Source of the DNA: a virus
Lineage: Duplodnaviria; Heunggongvirae; Uroviricota; Caudoviricetes
Length of the DNA: 64,000 nucleotides
Direction: 5' to 3' (one strand)
IMG/VR virus record: IMGVR_UViG_3300024348_000010
Of this stretch, positions 18,616-28,567 are shown in pieces. Made by a program: the position numbers and the translations under genes. Positions within the stretch are counted from its first letter, which is position 1, and each line of letters opens with the position of its first letter. Below the pieces are notes generated by a model. That model ran no database searches, was not told the DNA's origin, and saw nothing but the letters and a program-made list of their open reading frames with translations.

Positions 18616-20541
18616 TTATACGTGCTTCATTAGTTGTTCGTGTGAGTGGCCGATCTTCTTTTGGAAGTCTTCTTTCTCATTCGGTTTCATGCCCGCATAT
18701 TTAGACAGAAGCTTTGCAGCATGAGTACCAGAAACGTGCTTCGAGTCACCATGTGTAAAGTGAATCGTGCTACCACCTAGCATCGATGTTTTAGCTTTCT
18801 GTAGCTGGTTCATGATATGCTGACCAGCTTCAATCTTTGGCTTCTCAAGAACTTTGTTCTTCTGAAGAGCTTCGATCTTTTTCATGTGCTCAGGATTATT
18901 ATGCATGAGCTTTTCTTTTGTCTTCGGATGGATCGTGAAATCCTTGGCGCCAGCCTTTCTTGGACGCCCGCGCGCTTCAGTGATTTCTACTTCTTCGGTG
19001 GCAGGAACACGAACAGACTTAGAACCTGGCTTAGCAGTATACTTACGAACAGCCATATCAGTACCACGCATACGCTTAGTCATTCTGTCATAATCGCCAG
19101 TTTCACGAGCCTTAGTATCGTCTTTCTTATTGGCAGAAAGATACTTCAATGCAGCACCCTTTGAGATCTCATCGATCTGTTCGATATCAGCATCGTTCAG
19201 CGAGTCGATGAAGTCTTGCTCTTCCTTTGTCAGCTTATTGACGGCGAGTTTGATACCCTTTTCGCGCTTGCCCATATCCTTAAAGTTCTTGCTTGACTTT
19301 TCGTCTGCAGCAATCTTCAGACCAGCAGTAACACCTTGACTACCCATTTTTGTAGCAGCCTTGTTGATGTAACGACCCATTGTTCCCTTTGAGAGTTCAT
19401 CGATCTGCTCGGATTCTTCTGAAACAATACGAGCCGACTTCGTTGACGAAAGACTCTTATAATGGTTTAGAGCTTTAAAAGCATTATCAGGATGAACAGG
19501 AACCTTTTTCTTTTGACCAGTAACGGCGTGTGTTACTTCAATGTGTTGGTCGCCAGAAGCTTCCTTGGTCAATTTATTGACTGCAGTTGAAATACCTTTA
19601 TGACGCTTTGTCAACTTCTTTTCAAGTGGCTTCGAAGAACTGCCATGAGCTTCTTTGTGGCCTTGTCTATAAGAAGCCATATCAATAGAATCTTTGGCTT
19701 TGTTGATGTAACGACCAAGTGTTCCCTTCGAGATCTCATCGATCTGCTCTTCTTCACCAAGCATATTCTTGCCCAACTTAGTACGTACTGCTTTTGCTAA
19801 CTTCGCTGCATCAACACCGAAATCGCTAGCTGCCGAGCGAACATGGCTCTTACGAATGTTATCACCATAACGCTTTTGAAGATGAGCAACGATCTTTGCA
19901 GTTTCATCGAGATTTTCGACTTCTTCTCCAAAGATCTTCTTATAAGCGGCACTCTGTGCTTTACGAACAGTTTTGTCACCAAACTTTCTTTGAATTCTAT
20001 CACCTTGTTTGTCTAACTTGTTATAGTCTTTTTCAGCTTCATCATCGTATTGACCGTCGTTGAATGCTTTGGCATTACGCTTGGCATAAGCATTTACTGC
20101 AGTCTTTGCAGAAATCTCATCGATCTGTCCAGGCGTATCGCATTGACCACAGCATTCGGGAGTTCCACAGTTAGTATGTTCTAAATCTTCGTTAGCCTTC
20201 ATTGCCTTCTTCGCAAGATGCTTAGCAACATTCTTTACTTTGTTGCCGTATTCGTCCTTGCGTTCACCAGTTTTTCTATAAGGACCTTCAAAAGGAAGAT
20301 CTTCTTTAGTCTCTTCCTTGACTGGCTTCTTTTCTTTGGCCATCATGTCGCGAATCTTCTGCGCTGTCTTTTTATTTGCATCAGTCGGTTCGTCGGCAGT
20401 AGGCATATGGCCTTCTTCCATCTCTTCTGCTTCGCACTTTTCGCACTCGCAGTCAGCTGGACATTTCTTCGCTTCTCCGAGAATACTACGAACAGTATTA
20501 AGAAGATCAGCACTGAATCCTGTGATTTTATTCGTTAACAT
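18616..20541 (-). CDS. Lys-rich protein with three tandem ~65-aa repeats
   Basis: 641 aa. Repeats containing EQIDEISKGTLGRYINKA...KGI(S/K)xAVNKLTKE. N-terminal Cys cluster CPADCECEKC. Confidence 0.5.
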   Translation of the reverse strand: MLTNKITGFSADLLNTVRSILGEAKKCPADCECEKCEAEEMEEGHMPTADEPTDANKKTAQKIRDMMAKEKKPVKEETKEDLPFEGPYRKTGERKDEYGNKVKNVAKHLAKKAMKANEDLEHTNCGTPECCGQCDTPGQIDEISAKTAVNAYAKRNAKAFNDGQYDDEAEKDYNKLDKQGDRIQRKFGDKTVRKAQSAAYKKIFGEEVENLDETAKIVAHLQKRYGDNIRKSHVRSAASDFGVDAAKLAKAVRTKLGKNMLGEEEQIDEISKGTLGRYINKAKDSIDMASYRQGHKEAHGSSSKPLEKKLTKRHKGISTAVNKLTKEASGDQHIEVTHAVTGQKKKVPVHPDNAFKALNHYKSLSSTKSARIVSEESEQIDELSKGTMGRYINKAATKMGSQGVTAGLKIAADEKSSKNFKDMGKREKGIKLAVNKLTKEEQDFIDSLNDADIEQIDEISKGAALKYLSANKKDDTKARETGDYDRMTKRMRGTDMAVRKYTAKPGSKSVRVPATEEVEITEARGRPRKAGAKDFTIHPKTKEKLMHNNPEHMKKIEALQKNKVLEKPKIEAGQHIMNQLQKAKTSMLGGSTIHFTHGDSKHVSGTHAAKLLSKYAGMKPNEKEDFQKKIGHSHEQLMKHV

Positions 20542-20575
20542 TTTTTGCTCCGTAAATTTAAATCTATTTATGAAA

Positions 20576-21013
20576 TTATTTCATCGATGCGCGGAGCATC
20601 CATGCGTGTTTGTTGTGCTGATCGAGTCTCTCTTCAAGGAAGTTAACAAGACCGTTTTGATTGTATTTGTCTGCTGCATCTCTTGCAAGTTGAAGAGAAG
20701 CAAGAACTCGATTATTATCTTCGAAAAGATTAGTTACCATGGTTATTGGAAGTAACTGAATAAGAGATTCATCTTCAATTGTTGATAGTTCATTGAATCT
20801 TCCGAACGATGCCGGAGCATAAGATTTTTGGGCTCGAATCTCTTCGGCAAAACGATCAATAGCACCACCAACTTCTTCATAGATATTACCAAAAAATTCA
20901 TGATACATCGGGAACATCGGTCCTTCGACATTCCAATGATAGTTCTGAGCCTTCACGTAAAGTGCATAGGTGTCTGCAAACGCGACCTTTAAAGGGTTTG
21001 TAATCTCTTCCAT
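20576..21013 (-). CDS. dps: Dps-family ferritin-like protein
   Basis: 145 aa. YHWNVEGPMFPMYHEFF matches the Dps ferroxidase-centre region. Confidence 0.7.
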   Translation of the reverse strand: MEEITNPLKVAFADTYALYVKAQNYHWNVEGPMFPMYHEFFGNIYEEVGGAIDRFAEEIRAQKSYAPASFGRFNELSTIEDESLIQLLPITMVTNLFEDNNRVLASLQLARDAADKYNQNGLVNFLEERLDQHNKHAWMLRASMK

Positions 21014-21306
21014 TAGTTACACTTCCATCTTCTTAATGACATTGCTTTACGAGTCGGTCTACCTTTTTCATCTTTCATCGGACCTTTGACTCCACTCATA
21101 CGAGCGCAGAAAGACTTACGTCTACCTGCATCTTTAGATCCAGGCTTTACTTTGCCAGTGACAGCTGTCTGAAGCTTTGATCCAGGATTCTTGGCACGAT
21201 AGGCTTTTACACCTTTCGCTGTCATACCTGCACCCTTCTCGGTGGCGATGAAGTGACCTTTCGAATCTTCGCCACGCTCAGTGATGAATTCCTTAAATCC
21301 GATCAT
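21013..21306 (-). CDS. hypothetical basic protein
   Basis: 97 aa, Lys/Arg/Gly-rich. Confidence 0.4.
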   Translation of the reverse strand: MIGFKEFITERGEDSKGHFIATEKGAGMTAKGVKAYRAKNPGSKLQTAVTGKVKPGSKDAGRRKSFCARMSGVKGPMKDEKGRPTRKAMSLRRWKCN

Positions 21307-23459
21307 TCTGCGTCCCTCTCGATATCAACTTCGCGGCGAACTTTTTTCCAAACATATCCTTTTGGAGTGCGAACTTTAACCATCTTGAAGTCGCCTCTTC
21401 TTTCGATATCTTCTTCTACGACATCAGGATGCATCTCGAACCCTGGCTTGATGAAGATACCACATTCGTTAGCAGTCAGACCTACACCAATTCCAGCGGC
21501 GAACTCGATATTGAACGACTCGTTCAGATCTGCTTTTTTCTGTCCAGGAGTTTCCTTTTGATACTTCTTGACGAGCGATTTCGTACCAACTTCGCGATCT
21601 GCTGATGTATCTTCATTGATTCCAGCATGCTTATGTGCAGAAGCCTTGAAGTCCATGCCAAAGTACTTTACCTTGCCATGCTTGTTCGAAGCTTTCCAAC
21701 CACGTTGTTCTGTACTACCTTTTTCTGTGAAAGGCTTGACGTATGGCGTGTTGTTCGACTCGTCGATCACTTTCTTTTTGATCTGATCCTGAGCGATACG
21801 AATCTGTTGCGGATCGGCGTCAGTCTCTCTTTTCGTATGCATCTTATGACGCTTAATATACTGAACTTCTTGACGCTCTTGTGTACCAGTTTCTTTATGA
21901 GCAGCAGTTCTTACACCGACATATCTTACTTTACCATGTCTTCCTGTATCAGCAATCTGATTGCCTACTTGATCTTCGACTGCTTCTTGTGCTGATCTAA
22001 AACCCGCGGCAGTCGGAGCGCCCTTCGATCCAGGCTTACGCATACGTTCGCCAGATCCAGCTTTAATTCTCTTACGCTTAGCATGAATGTTAGCCCATAG
22101 GCCTTCATTTACATCATCTTCATGCAGATCCTTATCAGCGCCGTGATAAGTGCCTTTGCCCTTTGTGATGTAAGAGTTTACGCGAGCCATACCCCACTGT
22201 TGTGGTGTAGTTCCTGGACGGTGACCGCTGTTCCATGCAGCAACACCGCGAGCATACACTTTCTTCAGAGTAGATAAGGAAACACCTGATTTGCTGGCCT
22301 TTGCAGCAAGACCGTCAGAGGCTTCATTGACCAGCTGCTCGATCTCTTCGCCGTACATCGCATGATACTTCTTCGTATGTACAGATTGAGGCATATTTTT
22401 CTTACGAGCTGCCTTGTCACCTGGCGCATCTTGATATGCACGTGGATCTCGATCAGAATACTTTTCCATCTTTTTCCAGTGAGATTCGCGTGCCTTAGCA
22501 GTCGAAGCACTCAAGCCAGTATGATAAGCGGATTCGAACATTTTATCGAGCTTGTCGTTGACTTCCTTCTCTTCGCGAAGATCTGCATCGAGTGTCCACG
22601 CTCTGCCTTTGGCAATGTAGCTATTCACTCTTGAGAATGAGAACTGTTCTTGCGTAGTTTTGCCGTCGTCTTCCCACGCAAAAGAACCGCGCTCGAACAC
22701 CTCTCTGAGGGTCGAGAACGGTATGCCGGTCTTCTCGGCTTTTTTCATAAGTGTAGAAGTTGCTACGTCTTCTGGAAGGACAGCGCTTAGCAGTCTCTTC
22801 AGCGTGATACCCATCGAGTTATTATTCTCGTTGAGAGCATCGATAGAATCGTTGATAATGTCAACGAGTTGCATAGAAGTCTTATTGTCAAGACTCTCTA
22901 CGATTGTATTGAATTCTTCGTTGACCGGGGCAGCAGTCGCGTGCTGGATTTTTGATCCCGATTGGAATGAAGCGAGACGATTGACTTCTGCTTTACGAAG
23001 AGCAGGTAGAAGGCGAGCAGCTAATCTTCTGATCAGCTTGACCTTCTTATCGACTACCTTATCGACTTGAATTTTTTCAGATGTGGTGAGCTCGGTATAA
23101 GGAGTTCCCTTCCGAGCTGCAAACCTCATCTTGACCATGTTTCTTGCTTTGACAATTGCTCGAGCCTTTAGCTTTTCGTCCGAGGCGAGTTTGTGTTGAG
23201 CAACTTCTTTGGCTCTCTGCATCTTCGGCTCTTTAGCTCGAAGAGCACGCGCTCTGCGTTGGCGCTGAACGAGTGTCAGTGCTTTCTTCTCAGCGAGAGT
23301 GTCAGTTAGGACTACGGTATCCTCGTTGTGCTGGCGATTGCCGAGACCTTTGAGCTGAGGACGGATCTCGATGCCATCAAGTGGTTTGCCAGTTACAGAC
23401 GTGCCGGTTGGCTTTTTTAACTGCTTCGTATCAACCGGTTTATTCTTCTTATCTTCCAT
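21303..23459 (-). CDS. large hypothetical protein with internal repeats (virion/internal protein candidate)
   Basis: 718 aa. Duplicated unit (...RGSFAWEDDGKTTQEQFSFSRVNSYIAKG... and ...RGVAAWNSGHRPGTTPQQWGMARVNSYITKG...). Confidence 0.5.
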   Translation of the reverse strand: MEDKKNKPVDTKQLKKPTGTSVTGKPLDGIEIRPQLKGLGNRQHNEDTVVLTDTLAEKKALTLVQRQRRARALRAKEPKMQRAKEVAQHKLASDEKLKARAIVKARNMVKMRFAARKGTPYTELTTSEKIQVDKVVDKKVKLIRRLAARLLPALRKAEVNRLASFQSGSKIQHATAAPVNEEFNTIVESLDNKTSMQLVDIINDSIDALNENNNSMGITLKRLLSAVLPEDVATSTLMKKAEKTGIPFSTLREVFERGSFAWEDDGKTTQEQFSFSRVNSYIAKGRAWTLDADLREEKEVNDKLDKMFESAYHTGLSASTAKARESHWKKMEKYSDRDPRAYQDAPGDKAARKKNMPQSVHTKKYHAMYGEEIEQLVNEASDGLAAKASKSGVSLSTLKKVYARGVAAWNSGHRPGTTPQQWGMARVNSYITKGKGTYHGADKDLHEDDVNEGLWANIHAKRKRIKAGSGERMRKPGSKGAPTAAGFRSAQEAVEDQVGNQIADTGRHGKVRYVGVRTAAHKETGTQERQEVQYIKRHKMHTKRETDADPQQIRIAQDQIKKKVIDESNNTPYVKPFTEKGSTEQRGWKASNKHGKVKYFGMDFKASAHKHAGINEDTSADREVGTKSLVKKYQKETPGQKKADLNESFNIEFAAGIGVGLTANECGIFIKPGFEMHPDVVEEDIERRGDFKMVKVRTPKGYVWKKVRREVDIERDAE

Positions 23460-23547
23460 CAGAGTTTCCCTTGGGCTTATCTGTTAAACAAACGGGATTG
23501 CCGTAGCCTAACCGCAAATCTATTTATAACAAGGAAACTTTAACAGG

Positions 23548-24159
23548 TCAACTAATCCAGTTTTTAAATCTGACAATGAATGATTCGTTCACACCCATGC
23601 CTTTGCGGACATCGTGATATAACTCATCTTTGTGGGCTTTACTCATTCCCGATGGTGCCATCTTATGGAATGATTCCTTATCACCTGCAGTAACGTGCTT
23701 ACGCATAGCCGTACCAGAAGCAGATTCAATTCCACCTCCGCCTTCTTTACGTTCACCGCCTACTGACTTGACTTTAATGCTCTTGAAGTTGTAGTGACCG
23801 TGCTTCATATCTGCACCGTTATACTTATGAAGTAAATCATGAAACTCTTTAACACGATCAGAACCGACATGCATAGTCACGTGTGTGTAACCAGCTTTGT
23901 GCAGCTTCGACATCTGATGGAGCAGAGTCGGATGTTCCTTCGTCATCGCCTCTACATGTGCACCCTTGACAGCACGAGAAAGGTGCTTGACCTTCTGCTC
24001 AGGTGTCAGAGGATTCTTCTTGGCATCATGAGATCCAGTCGTCAAGATCTTATGATCTGCGCCTTCTTTCTTGGCAGCTGCCATCACATGCTTGACGACC
24101 ATCTCGTGGCCTGCATGAACAGGATTGAATCGTCCTTGTGTGATATGAATCGATTTCAT
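23548..24159 (-). CDS. HxGH nucleotidyltransferase (NMN/NaMN adenylyltransferase or cytidylyltransferase-like)
   Basis: GRFNPVHAGH (HxGH) and SASGTAMR (ISxTxxR-like) motifs. Confidence 0.55.
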   Translation of the reverse strand: MKSIHITQGRFNPVHAGHEMVVKHVMAAAKKEGADHKILTTGSHDAKKNPLTPEQKVKHLSRAVKGAHVEAMTKEHPTLLHQMSKLHKAGYTHVTMHVGSDRVKEFHDLLHKYNGADMKHGHYNFKSIKVKSVGGERKEGGGGIESASGTAMRKHVTAGDKESFHKMAPSGMSKAHKDELYHDVRKGMGVNESFIVRFKNWIS

Positions 24160-25325
24160 TGAGCTTTAACCTTATTGAAATTGGCAGCCGAGAATTCAGC
24201 GCGATCTACGATTTTAGTAGGACGATTATGTCTGACTACTACGAATCCTTCAGGCTTCGACTTCTTGCCGTTAATGCTGTGATCAAACTCCGCAGAGCTT
24301 GACAGCGTATGCGCAAGAATATCCTTTGCTTTTTGCAGATGCTTGTGCTGGTTCAGAACGTTTTCAAAGTGAGCACGATTACGTTGAACGTGACCGATGT
24401 CTGATTCCATCGCAGCAGTCTTAGATGCCTTCGATGCTGCCATCTTCACACCTTCGATCTTCTTCTGATGTGCCTTCATGTAGTGGTTCATGAAACCTTC
24501 TACGCTAGGCTTAGTACCAGTACGAACAGTATGATTAATGTAAGTTTTCAAAGGAATCTCATGGCCTTTGATAGCTTCATAAGTTTCAGGCTTTGCCTTT
24601 TTGTTATGTGCTGCAGCTGCAGTCATAGCCTTTGCAAAGCGCTCGCGATTCTGAGGCGTGAACTTGATGTTATCGAGATGATGTTCTGTCGAAATCAGAT
24701 GCACGTCTTTGTGCAATCCAAAGTCATTTAGCTGAGCGCCGTGCTCGGCTTGCATATCCTCGAGGTTCTTACCATTATACTTGGTATGAATAGCTACGCC
24801 AATCTTCGAGTTGAGAGCAGCCTTACCATGTGCTGAATTTTTCGGAGCAGAGTAAGTGATGGTGTTAGGTGTAAAGTGTACACGCCCATCAGATTCATGC
24901 ACGTCCTCAGCAGTGTGCATGATATCGCCTTGGAAAACACCCTTCTTTGGTGTTACCTTTGGAAGATGCTGTAAAGCAGCTCGTAGCTTCGATACGAGGC
25001 CAGGGGCATGACCATGGTTACGCTCGATATCTTCTAGCGTATAGTTGATCTTTGGATTCTTGTTAAAGGCAGACTTCGATGCTACAAAGAAACGACCAGT
25101 TTCAGGATGACGACCGAATACCACAGAAGGAGAACCATCATACTTCATGGTGATTCTTGTGTCGTTCTTCTTGCCTGTCAACCTGTCATGCACATCTTTG
25201 AGATTGTGATAGGCATGAGAAAAGCCTTCATGGCCAGCATTGATCACGTGATCTTCGGCATGCTCAAGATGCTTCAGCTTAGTTTCGTCAAGCTCTTCTG
25301 CAAGGAAATTTCTAAAACTTGTCAT
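24156..25325 (-). CDS. putative ATP-dependent RNA/DNA ligase-like nucleotidyltransferase
   Basis: 389 aa. Candidate motif I TMKYDGSP (KxDG) and later FQGD / ESDG segments. Weak. Confidence 0.3.
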   Translation of the reverse strand: MTSFRNFLAEELDETKLKHLEHAEDHVINAGHEGFSHAYHNLKDVHDRLTGKKNDTRITMKYDGSPSVVFGRHPETGRFFVASKSAFNKNPKINYTLEDIERNHGHAPGLVSKLRAALQHLPKVTPKKGVFQGDIMHTAEDVHESDGRVHFTPNTITYSAPKNSAHGKAALNSKIGVAIHTKYNGKNLEDMQAEHGAQLNDFGLHKDVHLISTEHHLDNIKFTPQNRERFAKAMTAAAAHNKKAKPETYEAIKGHEIPLKTYINHTVRTGTKPSVEGFMNHYMKAHQKKIEGVKMAASKASKTAAMESDIGHVQRNRAHFENVLNQHKHLQKAKDILAHTLSSSAEFDHSINGKKSKPEGFVVVRHNRPTKIVDRAEFSAANFNKVKAQ

Positions 25326-25927
25326 CGTACTGTTTTTACCGATCCATCAGGATTTACAAAGAAGGCTTCGAACGTAATATCAGGAAACTCTTTCTTCAAC
25401 GAAAGAAATGCCTGAAGATTGCTAGGAGCATCATCAAACAACCGAAGCTTTACGTAATTCTTAGTATTTATATATTTACGGAAGATGATCTTCTTGGCTT
25501 CTGCCGAAGAGTCGATCTTCAGGTTACCAGCTCGTTCTACATGGATATTATCGATAGGTAGACCATGATCTCGAAACGTCTGAAGGAAGATATCCTTGTT
25601 ATCGAAGTCAGCTCGTGCTGTACAGATAATCACTCGACTATGAGGATTCTTACGAGAGTTGGCAAAGATAGCTTTCGTTTTAGCAACCATACGAGTGATA
25701 GGCTTCGATGACTTGCGGAATACTTCTGCGTTAGCAAACTCTCCGAAGTCGTAGGTTTCACCCTTCTTACGCTTGTAAGTGTTGAACTCTTGGTTGTCTA
25801 GCATTCGAACAACCTTGCCATCTTTGACAACGGCAACCTTTGCATATGTATGGAACAGCGTCTCATCGATATCGAATATCGTGAGTGTACCACTACCAAC
25901 AAACTCTCTAAATCGTTTCTTTATCAT
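25322..25927 (-). CDS. HAD-superfamily hydrolase (phosphatase/nucleotidase-like)
   Basis: IFDIDETLFHT (DxDxT). Promoter-like motif upstream at 25957. Confidence 0.5.
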   Translation of the reverse strand: MIKKRFREFVGSGTLTIFDIDETLFHTYAKVAVVKDGKVVRMLDNQEFNTYKRKKGETYDFGEFANAEVFRKSSKPITRMVAKTKAIFANSRKNPHSRVIICTARADFDNKDIFLQTFRDHGLPIDNIHVERAGNLKIDSSAEAKKIIFRKYINTKNYVKLRLFDDAPSNLQAFLSLKKEFPDITFEAFFVNPDGSVKTVR

Positions 25928-25972
25928 AGTTACACTCTATATTGTTTTCGAAATAATGTACATGCTTATTTC
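25925..25972 (-). promoter_or_regulatory. conserved promoter-like element (variant with TTTCGAAAACAATATA)
   Basis: CTATATTGTTTTCGAAATAATGTACATGCTTATTTCGC. Shares both halves with the copy at 54120-54172. Confidence 0.5.
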
Positions 25973-27249
25973 GCTTTGAATGAGATTTTTTTCAGGCCTG
26001 GCATGCCAGCGTTTCCGTTGTACTCGAACTTGAAGTCGATGTCCTTAAACTCCTGAATGTTGTATTTTACCAGCTTCTGAGTCTTGTAGATATTGATGTA
26101 GAGCTGACTCACGTTGATCTGCTTTGTGGCTTCATTCAGAACGTTAGAATATGTCTTGTCTGCGTTCATCATATCTACGAGGTGATATGCAAGCGGTGAC
26201 AGTATCAAACCGTTTCTCTTTGCCCTATTTCCAACGATCCGTTTTGTGATGTCCATAGAAGCCGCTCTTCCCATAATCTTGTATAGCGGATCTAAAACTT
26301 TTAGGAGTTCTTCTGCAGTTTTATATTTTGATAAGAATATTTCAATCGAGGCTGGAGTGATATTGTTTCCCATCAGTTTGACGAGTGCATTCCAGCCGGG
26401 AGTTTTTACCTCGGCAGAACCACGAACGATGCCATCTAACACAGAGCTGTTACGAATGGCGATAATAAGGTTCTTGGCTATCTTCTTCTTCGAGTCAGTG
26501 TAATTGATCTTATCTAAAATATCGGCGATCGCATCGATAGATGGAGGTGCACCTTTACCAGCCTTGGCTGATATCGCAAGGTTAGGTTTCTTTGGATATG
26601 TGGCATAGTAGTCGACCAGTCTGAGATTGCTCTGAGTAGGATATATGATCCCGTCCGCAGTCTTATCGTATACGTTTAAAAACCACCATGCGCCTGTGAC
26701 TTCACCGAAATCTTTGGCGATAATGTTGATATCTGAATCCGATATCTGTTCGATATATTCTGATCTGATTTTACCACCCATTGTTTCGGCAGAATCCATG
26801 AGATCTTTCATAAACTCTTTGACGACAACCGAAACTCCGAGGCTGTTGATGCCTTGCATCACCTTTCTCTTAAATTCTAACTTGCCGATCTTTTTGCCAG
26901 TAGCCACACCGATACGTTCAGGTGTCAATTCTTTTGTACGAAGTTCGCCACGAGATGACACAGCATTGACGACATAGATCTTGTCTCCGACCTTGGCTCC
27001 ATCTACCGCTTCTTTGATAGTAAGTTCTTCTGTACGATATTTTCCTGAGATTACAAACGTACTATCCGTAAGCTCACATTTAATAATATCGTTTAGGAGT
27101 TTCTTATGATCTCCTGGATATGAGAATCGAAGATGCTTTCCTCCACGAGATGACTTTACTATCTTGATGTTTTTCTTTGCCAACTCTGCTTCATATTCTG
27201 AAATAATAGCAGATTGGGATTTTGCATCAGTAGAAAGCATTCGTTGCAC
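25966..27249 (-). CDS. hypothetical protein
   Basis: 427 aa, no confident family. Confidence 0.5.
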   Translation of the reverse strand: MQRMLSTDAKSQSAIISEYEAELAKKNIKIVKSSRGGKHLRFSYPGDHKKLLNDIIKCELTDSTFVISGKYRTEELTIKEAVDGAKVGDKIYVVNAVSSRGELRTKELTPERIGVATGKKIGKLEFKRKVMQGINSLGVSVVVKEFMKDLMDSAETMGGKIRSEYIEQISDSDINIIAKDFGEVTGAWWFLNVYDKTADGIIYPTQSNLRLVDYYATYPKKPNLAISAKAGKGAPPSIDAIADILDKINYTDSKKKIAKNLIIAIRNSSVLDGIVRGSAEVKTPGWNALVKLMGNNITPASIEIFLSKYKTAEELLKVLDPLYKIMGRAASMDITKRIVGNRAKRNGLILSPLAYHLVDMMNADKTYSNVLNEATKQINVSQLYINIYKTQKLVKYNIQEFKDIDFKFEYNGNAGMPGLKKISFKAK

Positions 27250-27275
27250 CGTTCTAAGTTCTAAACTTATTTATT

Positions 27276-27310
27276 AAACAAAAGAAAACCGCCCCAGTAT
27301 ACTGGAGCGG
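27276..27310 (-). terminator. rho-independent terminator
   Basis: CCGCTCCAG-TATA-CTGGGGCGG hairpin followed by TTTTCTTTTGTTT on the minus strand, just downstream of the 27334..27891 gene. Confidence 0.6.
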
Positions 27311-27333
27311 TCGTATTACTTCTATTTATGTTG

Positions 27334-27891
27334 TTAGGCTGCGACTGCAAACCATTCTGGAATTGGACGTTTAGTCCATGCCATCTTGAATCGAGCCTGC
27401 TTCGTCTGATAGAACTTACGATATGAACCTACGATATCATTGTAGTCGATACACTCAGGATTGGCCTTCATTGCCAACGGCTGAGGAGTCTTGTAACCGA
27501 CAGGAATGTTACGAGGCAATTGCTTGAGTGCTTCGCGAAGCAATGTATCTGTGCTATGAACCTTGCCGTAGCGATATGTATACTCGTCACAAAGAGCTAC
27601 AAAGTGGACGTAATGCCAGTTGTAGTTGTTATTACTTTGTGCAGTCCAAATCGTACAAGGATGGTGCATATGCACTGCACGATAGAATGTATCTTCGCGC
27701 TCGTCAGGTAGAGTCCATGCCTTCGACATTGTCTTACCAGACTTTGAAGGCACACGTGTCTCTACACCGTCGAGCATACGATGTACAGTCGAGAGCATTT
27801 GAGCACTCTCGACGATCATCTTCACGACATGCTTGTCACACTGCAGCTGCGCAGCAACTACAGGATCACTGTCGAGAATGAAAAGATTCAT
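27334..27891 (-). CDS. hypothetical protein
   Basis: 185 aa. Confidence 0.45.
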   Translation of the reverse strand: MNLFILDSDPVVAAQLQCDKHVVKMIVESAQMLSTVHRMLDGVETRVPSKSGKTMSKAWTLPDEREDTFYRAVHMHHPCTIWTAQSNNNYNWHYVHFVALCDEYTYRYGKVHSTDTLLREALKQLPRNIPVGYKTPQPLAMKANPECIDYNDIVGSYRKFYQTKQARFKMAWTKRPIPEWFAVAA

Positions 27892-28304
27892 ATTCCAGCT
27901 TTCTTTACGAGATCTTTATATCCACGCCACGATGGATGGATATCATCAGGTTGAACATACGATGTAGCAATGATACGATCTCCGTAGCTTACGGCAATGC
28001 TTTTTACTATGGCGTTGACCTTAGGTTTACAAAAGCCTTTGTTACAAGGAGGCATAATCCATACTACATTGCCTACCTTAACACGAGTTCTAATTTTTGT
28101 CAACTCTTTTTTCGTATCAACGCCGCTATGATCGTTTGTTCCGAGGCTGATTACGATTGTCTTGGCTTCAAGCGGAGTTTTACCCCACTTCTTGTTCCAT
28201 TGCCAAGTATTCCAACCGCCCTTCGAATATGATACACATTCTTTCGGAGCAAACATCTTCGTTCCAACGGCGATCGAATCGCCCATAATCAAACATTCTA
28301 ACAT
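27888..28304 (-). CDS. SGNH/GDSL-like hydrolase
   Basis: N-terminal IMGDSIAVG (GDS-x motif). Confidence 0.5.
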   Translation of the reverse strand: MLECLIMGDSIAVGTKMFAPKECVSYSKGGWNTWQWNKKWGKTPLEAKTIVISLGTNDHSGVDTKKELTKIRTRVKVGNVVWIMPPCNKGFCKPKVNAIVKSIAVSYGDRIIATSYVQPDDIHPSWRGYKDLVKKAGI

Positions 28305-28567
28305 TAGACTTGTATTCCTGTTACTTGTTTCAGATATTGTGTAGCAACCTGTGCACTCGTTTCAGTAGCACCGACAATGACTGTGTCAGAGATTACGACG
28401 TTGTTATCAGGAGCTGACATCATCCATGGCATCATAGCAAAACCCTGAGGTCCCATACCAACTGTACGAGGCTTCAACAGTTCGGTGACACCACCTTCTT
28501 GCTTGACACGAGCAATGAGTTCTTCGCCCGACATAAGCTTAATTGTATATACTTTATTCTGTTCCAT
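28304..28567 (-). CDS. hypothetical protein
   Basis: 87 aa. Confidence 0.4.
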   Translation of the reverse strand: MEQNKVYTIKLMSGEELIARVKQEGGVTELLKPRTVGMGPQGFAMMPWMMSAPDNNVVISDTVIVGATETSAQVATQYLKQVTGIQV

